Shown here in pieces: positions 55,591 through 64,000 of a DNA stretch of 64,000 bases. Every line of letters starts with the position of its first letter. The stretch's first letter is position 1. The stretch comes from Eledone cirrhosa (lineage: Eukaryota). The stretch is taken from NCBI GenBank assembly GCA_964016885.1, contig OZ024741.1, positions 386,942,001-387,006,000 on the forward strand, written 5' to 3'. A program made the translations under genes and the position numbers. The notes under the pieces are model-generated. The model did no database searches, was not told the origin of the DNA, and saw only the letters and a program-made list of their open reading frames with translations.

Positions 55591-56595
55591 CAATAACACG
55601 TATGTGCTGTTGTGTGTGGGGGGAGGGGTACATACGCATGTGTTGGGTATATGTTGTATATGTAAGGGTGGTCTACATGTATTGGGTATGTTGTATGTGT
55701 AGGGTGGTCTACATGTGTTGGGTATATGCTGTACATGTAAGGCAGGGCTACATGTGTTTGTATTTGTGTATATGAATCTGTGTAGATAGCGATCTAAAGA
55801 TGTAAATATTATATACGTGTATACTTATATAGTATATATATATGAATATGGTTGTGTAGGTACACTTTGGTTTAGCTAATATACACGCGTTCGATAACAT
55901 ATGTGATCAAGTATATATATATATATCTAAATATGAGTGTATATATTGTTGTGTGCGTGTTGATATATATGTACTTAAGTATGCATACACAAAATAGTCC
56001 GTCTGTCTCGTTACAGGCGAAACAATTCTAAAAAATGAAGATTTTTCCAGTGCATTCCGCATTCCAAAGATTCTACGACGTTTTTACTAAATAAACACAG
56101 ACTACCCAGTCGTTCTTTTTTTCTGTTTGTTTGTTGTTGTTTTTTTTCTATTTACATATATATATATATTATATATATATTTATATGCATATATATACAT
56201 ATATATCCACTCAGTTATCGTCTACTTGGTAATCACGCAATATAATGCTGTCCATCCATACATCAGTCCATTTCTTGTCTGTTAATCAGCACCTATCTCC
56301 ACTGTCGATGTGACATCGTTATGCTACCCGGTAAGAACTGTCTAGAAGGAGAAATTAACAGCTTGGGTTATTAAAAGCTTTGGTTTTCTTTTTGTTGTTG
56401 TTTTTTTCTCCTTTATATATATCTATTAATTTAACTTTTACTTTTTTCTCTATTTTTTGTTTGTTTTGTCATTCGGTGTGTCTATCTGTCTGTCCGACTG
56501 TGTATCTATTGTCTGACGGATCCAGCTGATTTTCACTCATCCGCCACCTTCACCTTGACCTCCTCCTCTTCCTCATATTATTCCTGCTATTTGAA

Positions 56596-56700
56596 CGCAA
56601 CATGGTCGAGTGGTTAACAAAGTTCGTTTCACAATCATTAGGTCCCGGGTTCGATCCCACTGCGTGGTCATCTTGGGCAAATGACAGTTTATCATAGCTT
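56596..56700 (+). mobile_element. tRNA-derived SINE head
   Basis: tggtcgagtgg A-box, gggttcgatccc B-box, followed by cttgggcaa. Confidence 0.75.
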
Positions 56701-56714
56701 TGGATTCACTGATG

Positions 56715-56960
56715 CTTTAGACGGAATTACCATTTTGCCATTCGAAGGAGGTGGATCCCTCATGTGGGATGCCATGTGTTGTAACACGTTCTCCGCCTTC
56801 AACTTAGTCGTTTTGACTACAAATCCTGGTACTGTGGCCCACAATGCAGAGGAAAGGAAGACAAATAAATATCGGGGATTGTCCGACCACTTCCTCTTCA
56901 CACAGGTCACCGTCGAGATCTCAGGCGTACTGTTGGGCTCCTTCGCAAGATCGGAACGTC
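56715..56960 (+). pseudogene. Remnant of the restriction-like endonuclease (PD-(D/E)xK) domain of a CRE/NeSL-type non-LTR retrotransposon
   Basis: DGITILPFEGGGSLMWDAMCCNT..PGTVAHNAEERKTNKYRGL..FLFTQVTVEISG matches the recalled pattern PDG...P...G..L.WD.T..DT...A..AE..K..KY..L...F.P.AVET.G. Confidence 0.75.
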
Positions 56961-56990
56961 AGAATTACAACCCGTTGGCTAATACTTACT

Positions 56991-56994
<4 letters not shown>

Positions 56995-57026
<32 letters not shown>

Positions 57027-57036
57027 TATACCTTTC

Positions 57037-57096
<60 letters not shown>
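56995..57096. repeat. (TA)n microsatellites (also at 52771-52850)
   Basis: Direct reading. Confidence 0.95.
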
Positions 57097-57099
<3 letters not shown>

Positions 57100-57479
57100 T
57101 GGAAAAGAATGAAACGAAATTTCATTTCTCACTCTTAGTATGGCTGATACTTAAGTGTAAGTATGTATGTATACGTACATACATATATGTATACAGACGT
57201 ACAGTAGTATGTATATATATACATACATGCACACATATATATATATATGTACGTATGGGTTTACCGAACATTTATTATAATGTTCAGTTTGCTTGTAAAC
57301 AAACAGCCCGAATTACGCCGTACAGTGTTCAGGCAACCATCGTCGCCTTTTTGTTCAACACTGACACAGGAACGATGTACTAGTTTCAAGCTTATTAGCT
57401 ATCGTCAGCATCGTATACCTTCCTGTCAGATGATTGAACGTATATATATATATTAATCATTAACATTAATACAGAAAAT

Positions 57480-57828
57480 AATGATTGTTTCTACGTTAGG
57501 CACAAGGACAGCATTGGTTGAGCATCAGACAACATGCTTTGTGTCATATAGTTGCACTCCTTTACGTTCTGTGTTCAAATACCGCTGAAGTTAACTTTGC
57601 CTTTCATCCTTATGGGATCGATAACATAAAGTACCAGTAACGCACTGGGATCTAATTAATCGACTTTCTCCTCCCCACAAATTGCTGGCCGTGTGCCTAA
57701 ATCTGAAACCATTATTATCCCGCCGAGGTTAACTTTGCGTTTCATCCTTACGGGGTCGATAAAATAAAGTACCAGTAATGTACTGGGTATTTGCTGGCCT
57801 TGTGCCAAAAATAGAAACAATTATTATG
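57480..57828 (+). mobile_element. Tandem SINE family A copies directly abutting the 45-bp satellite
   Basis: gttcaaatacc..gttaactttgcctttcatccttatgggatcgataa and gaggttaactttgcgtttcatccttacggggtcgataaaataaagtaccag..tagaaacaattatt. Confidence 0.83.
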
Positions 57829-57832
57829 ATCC

Positions 57833-60800
57833 AGCCAACAGCGCCACCACCTTTCGACTAAATCCACTGTCACATACAACAAACAACACCACCACCTTTC
57901 GGTTAACACCACTGTCACATACAACAAACAACGCCACCACCTTTCGGCTAACACTACTGTCACATACAAGCAACAGCGCCACCACCTTTCGGTTAACACC
58001 ACTGTCACATACAACAAACAACGCCACCACCTTTCGGCTAACACTACTGTCACATACAAGCAACAGCGCCACCACCTTTCAGCTAACACCACTGTCACAT
58101 ACAACAAACAACGCCACCACCTTTCGGCTAACACTACTGTCACATACAACCAACAGCGCCACCACCTTTCAGCTAACACCACTGTCACATACAACAAACA
58201 ACGCCAACACCTTTCGGCTCACACCACTGTCACATACAACCAACAGCGCCACCACCTTTCGGCTCACACCACTGTCACATACAACCAACAACGCCACCAC
58301 ATTTCGACTCACACCACTGTCACATACAACCAACAACACCACCACATTTCGGCTAACACCACTGTCACATACAACAAACAGCGCCACCTCCTTTCAGCTA
58401 ACACCACTGTCACATACAACCAACAGCGCCACCACCTTTCGGTTAACACCACTGTCACATACAACAAACAGCGCCACCACCTTTCGGCTAACACAACTGT
58501 CACATACAACAAACAGCGCCACCACCTTTCAGCTAACACCACTGTCACATACAACAAACAACGCCACCTCCTTTCAGCTAACACCACTGTCACATACAAC
58601 AAACAACGCCCCCACCTTTCGGCTAACACCACTGTCACATACAACCAACAGCGCCACCACCTTTCAGCTAACACCACTGTCACATACAACAAACAGCGCC
58701 ACCTCCTTTCAGCTAACACCACTGTCACATACAACAAACAGCGCCACCTCCTTTCAGCTAACACAACTGTCACATACAACAAACAGCGCCACCTCCTTTC
58801 AGCTAACACCACTGTCACATACAACAAACAACGCCACCACTTTTCAGCTAACACCACTGTCACATACAACCAACAGCGCCACATCCTTTCAGCTAACACC
58901 ACTGTCACATACACAAAGAACACCACCACCTTTCGGCTAACACCACTGTCACATACAACAAACAACGCCACCACCTTTCAGCTAACACCACTGTCACATA
59001 CAACCAACAGCGCCACCACCTTTCGGCTAACACCACTGTCACATACAACCAACAACGCCACCACCTTTCAGCTAACACCACTGTCACATACAACAAACAA
59101 CGCCACCACCTTTCAGCTAACACCACTGTCACATACAACCAACAGCGCCACCTCCTTTCAGCTAACACCACTGTCACATACACAAAGAACACCACCACCT
59201 TTCAGCTAACACCACTGTCACATACAACAAACAACGCCAACACTTTTCAGCTAACACCACTGTCACATACAACCAACAGCGCCACCACCTTTCAGCTAAC
59301 ACCACTGTCACATACAACCAACAGCGCCACCTCCTTTCAGCTAACACCACTGTCACATACACAAAGAACACCACCACCTTTCAGCTAACACCACTGTCAC
59401 ATACAACAAACAGCGCCACCACCTTTCGGTTAACACTACTGTCACGTACAACAAACAGCGCCACCACCTTTCAGCTAACACCACTGTCACATACAACCAA
59501 CAACGCCACCACCTTTCGGCTAACACCACTGTCACATACAACAAACAGCGCCACCACCTTTCAGCTAACACCACTGTCACATACAACCAACAACGCCACC
59601 ACCTTTCAGCTAACACCACTGTCACATACAACAAACAGCGCCACTACCTTTCAGCTAACACCACTGTCACATACAACCAACAACGCCACCACCTTTCAGC
59701 TAACACCACTGTCACATACAACCAACAACGCCACCACTTTTCAGCTAACACCACTGTCACATACAACCAACAGCGCCACCACCTTTCAGCTAACACCATT
59801 GTCACATACACAAAGAACACCACCACCTTTCAGCTAACACCACTGTCACATACAACAAACAACGCCACCACTTTTCAGCTAACACCACTGTCACATACAA
59901 CCAACAGCGCCACCACCTTTCGGTTAACACCACTGTCACATACAACAAACAGCGCCTCCACCTTTCGGTTAACACTACTGTCACATACAACCAACAGCGC
60001 CACCACCATTCAGCTAACACCACTGTCACATACAACCAACAACGCCACCACCTTTCAGATAACACCACTGTCACATATAACAAACAACGCCACCACTTTT
60101 CAGCTAACACCACTGTCACATACAACCAACAACGCCACCACCTTTCAGCTAACACCACTGTCATATACAACAAACAACGACACCTCCTTTCAGCTAACAC
60201 CACTGTCACATACACAAAGAACACCACCACCTTTCAGCTAACACCACTGTCACATACAACAAACAGCGCCACCATCTTTCAACTAACACCACTGTCACAT
60301 ACAACCAACAGCGCCACCACCTTTCGGTTAACACCACTGTCACATACAACAAACAGCCCCACCACCTTTCAGCTAACACCACTGTCACATACAACCAACA
60401 ACGCCACCACCTTTCAGCTAACACCACTGTCACATACAACAAACAACGCCACCACTTTTCAGCTAACACCACTGTCACATACAACCAACAACGCCACCAC
60501 CTTTCGGCTAACACCACTGTCACATACAACAAACAGCGCCACCACCTTTCAGCTAACACCACTGTCACATACAACCAACAACGCCACCACCTTTCAGCTA
60601 ACACCACTGTCACATACAACAAACAGCGCCACCACCTTTCAGCTAACACCACTGTCACATACAACCAACAACGCCACCACCTTTCAGCTAACACCACTGT
60701 CACATACAACCAACAACGCCACCACTTTTCAGCTAACACCACTGTCACATACAACCAACAGCGCCACCACCTTTCGGCTAACACCACTCTCACATACAAC

Positions 60801-63800
60801 CAACAGCGCCACCAACTTTCGGCTAACACCACTGTCACATACGACCAACAGCGCCACCACCTTTCGGCTAACACCACTGTCACATACAACCAACAGCGCC
60901 ACCTCCTTTCAGCTAACACCACTGTCACATACAACCAACAGCGCCACCACCTTTCAGCTAACACCACTGTCACATACACAAAGAACACCACCACCTTTCA
61001 GCTAACACCACTGTCACATACAACAAACAACGCCACCACTTTTCAGCTAACACCACTGTCACATACAACCAACAGCGCCACCACCTTTCAGCTAACACCA
61101 CTGTCACATACAACCAACAGCGCCACCTCCTTTCAGCTAACACCACTGTCACATACACAAAGAACACCACCACCTTTCAGCTAACACCACTGTCACATAC
61201 AACAAACAGCGCCACCACCTTTCAGCTAACACCACTGTCACATACAACCAACAGCGCCACCACCTTTCGGTTAACACCACTGTCACATACAACAAACAGC
61301 GCCACCACCTTTCGGTTAACACTACTGTCACATACAACAAACAGCGCCACCACCTTTCAGCTAACACCACTGTCACATACAACCAACAACGCCACCACCT
61401 TTCGGCTAACACCACTGTCACATACAACAAACAGCGCCACCACCTTTCAGCTAACACCACTGTCACATACAACAAACAACGCCACCACTTTTCAGCTAAC
61501 ACCACTGTCACATACAACCAACAACGCCACCACCTTTCGGCTAACACCTCTGTCACATACAACAAACAACACCAGCGACTTTCAGCTAACACCACTGTCA
61601 CATACAACCAACAGCGCCAACACCTTTCAGCTAACACCACTGTCACAAACACAAAGAACACCACCACCTTTCGGCTAACACCACTGTCACATACAACCAA
61701 CAGCGCCACCTCCTTTCAGCTAACACCACTGTCACATACACAAAGAACACCACCACCTTTCAGCTAACACCACTGTCACATACAACCAACAGCGCCACCA
61801 CCTTTCAGCTAACACCACTGTCACATACAACCAACAGCGCCACCTCCTTTCAGCTAACACCACTGTCAAATACACAAAGAACATCACCACCTTTCAGCTA
61901 ACACCACTGTCACATACAACAAACAACGCCACCACTTTTCAGCTAACACCACTGTCACATGCAACAAACAGCGCCACCAACTTTCGGTTAACACCACTGT
62001 CACATACAACAAACAGCGTCACCACTTTTCAGCTAACACTACTGTCACATACAACAAACAGCGCAATCGCCTTTCAGTTAACACCACTGTCACATACAAC
62101 AAACAGCGCAACCACTTTTCAGCTAACACCACTGTCACATACATCAAACAACGCCACCCCTTTTCAGCTAACACCACTGTCACATACAACCAACAGCGCC
62201 ACCACTTTTCGGCTAACACCACCGTCACATACAACTAACAACACCACCACTTTTCAGCTAACACCACTGTCACATACAACAAACAACGCCACCACTTTTC
62301 AGCTAACACCACTGTCACATACAACCAACAGCCCCACCACCTTTCGGCTAACACCACTGTCACATACAACCAACAGCGCCACCACCTTTCGGCTAACACC
62401 ACTGTCACATACAACCAACAGCGCCACCTCCTTTCAGCTAACACCACTGTCACATACAACCAACAGCGCCACCTCCTTTCAGCTAACACCACTGTCACAT
62501 ACACAAAGAACACCACCACCTTTCAGCTAACACCACTGCCACATACAACAAACAGCGCCACCATCTTTCAGCTAACACCACTGTCACATACAACCAACAG
62601 CGCCACCACCTTTCGGTTAACACCACTGTCACATACAACAAACAGCGCCACCACCTTTCGGTTAACACCACTGTCACATACAACAAACAGCGCCACCACC
62701 TTTCAGCTAACACCACTGTCACATACAACCAAGAACGCCACCACCTTTCAGCTAACACCACTGTCACATACAACAAACAGCGCCACCACCTTTCGGTTAA
62801 CACTACTGTCACATACAACAAACAGCGCCACCACCTTTCAACTAACACCACTGTCACATACAACCAACAACGCCACCACCTTTCAGCTAACACCACTGTC
62901 ACATACAACAAACAGCGCCACCACCTTTCGGTTAACACTACTGTCACATACAACAAACAGCGCCATCACCTTTCAGCTAACACCACTGTCACATACAACC
63001 AACAGCGCCACCACCTTTCAGCTAACACCACTGTCACATACAACCAATAACGCCACCACCTTTCAGCTAACACCACTGTCACATACAACAAACAACGCCA
63101 CCACTTTTCAGCTAACACCACTGTCACATACGACCAACAACGCCACCACCTTTCGGCTAACACCACTGTCACATACAACAAACAACACCACCAACTTTCA
63201 GCTAACACCACTGTCACATACAACCAACAGCGCCACCACCTTTCAGCTAACACCACTGTCACAAACACAAAGAACACCACCACCTTTCGGCTAACACCAC
63301 TGTCACATACAACCAACAGCGCCACCTCCTTTCAGCTAACACCACTGTCACATACACAAAGAACACCACCACCTTTCAGCTAACACCACTGTCACATACA
63401 ACCAACAGCGCCACCACCTTTCAGCTAACACCACTGTCACATACAACCAACAGCGCCACCTCCTTTCAGCTAACACCACTGTCAAATACACAAAGAACAT
63501 CACCACCTTTCAGCTAACACCACTGTCACATACAACAAACAACGCCACCACTTTTCAGCTAACACCACTGTCACATACAACAAACAGCGCCACCAACTTT
63601 CGGTTAACACCACTGTCACATACAACAAACAGCGTCACCACTTTTCAGCTAACACCACTGTCACATACAACAAACAGCGCAATCACCTTTCGGTTAACAC
63701 CACTGTCACATACAACAAACAGCGCAACCACTTTTCAGCTAACACCACTGTCACATACATCAAACAACGCCACCCCTTTTCAGCTAACACCACTGTCACA

Positions 63801-64000
63801 TACAACCAACAGCGCCACCACTTTTCAGCTAACACCACTGTCACATACAACAAACAACGCCACCACTTTTCAGCTAACACCACTGTCACATACAACCAAC
63901 AGCGCCACCACCTTTCGGCTAACACCACTGTCACATACAACCAACAGCGCCACCACCTTTCGGCTAACACCACTGTCACATACAACCAACAGCGCCACCT
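57833..64000. repeat. 45-bp tandem satellite (AACCAACAGCGCCACCACCTTTCAGCTAACACCACTGTCACATAC), ~137 units, extends past window end
   Basis: 15-aa periodicity of the artefactual ORFs (LYVTVVLAERWWRCW); interspersed 44-bp variant units (ACACAAAGAACACC) shift the frame. Confidence 0.98.

Noticed and set aside
55091-56680. tRNA genes at the A/B-box-containing segments
   Set aside because: No intact cloverleaf could be drawn, and they continue into SINE body sequence.
57748-63985. LYVTVVLAERWWRC repeat ORFs
   Set aside because: Translation of the 45-bp satellite, repeatedly frameshifted by 44-bp units.
57833-64000. CRISPR-like array (also considered for the 37-bp and 51-bp repeats)
   Set aside because: Units are head-to-tail with no unique spacers, no cas genes are present, and the context is eukaryotic.

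Overview
Eukaryotic, AT-rich, repeat-dense DNA; the mix of tRNA-derived SINEs, RTE LINE fragments and microsatellites suggests a coleoid cephalopod (Octopus-like) genome, which is an inference. Bases 1-~34,250 are a 24-bp satellite (ACTAACACTACCAACACCACCAAC) with nested higher-order repeats, and 57,833-64,000 is a 45-bp satellite. Nearly all long ORFs in the supplied track are artefacts of these repeats. Between the arrays I reconstructed a minus-strand, phase-consistent chain of 8 GT-AG coding exons (48,896 down to 35,001, plus a possible first exon at 54,957) encoding a CCDC177/CCDC185 (DUF4659)-like coiled-coil protein. Its C-terminus is absent, so the >34-kb satellite probably lies inside one of its introns. 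The introns and flanks carry SINEs, two RTE LINE remnants, a CRE-type REL-endonuclease remnant and piggyBac, hAT and Tc1-like MITEs. They also contain a type I hammerhead-ribozyme motif, several inverted-repeat (dsRNA-forming) structures next to exons, and a 51-bp minisatellite containing perfect ERE/DR2 nuclear-receptor motifs. No CRISPR array or prokaryotic system is present. All family assignments come from reading the sequence and recalled motifs, not database searches.
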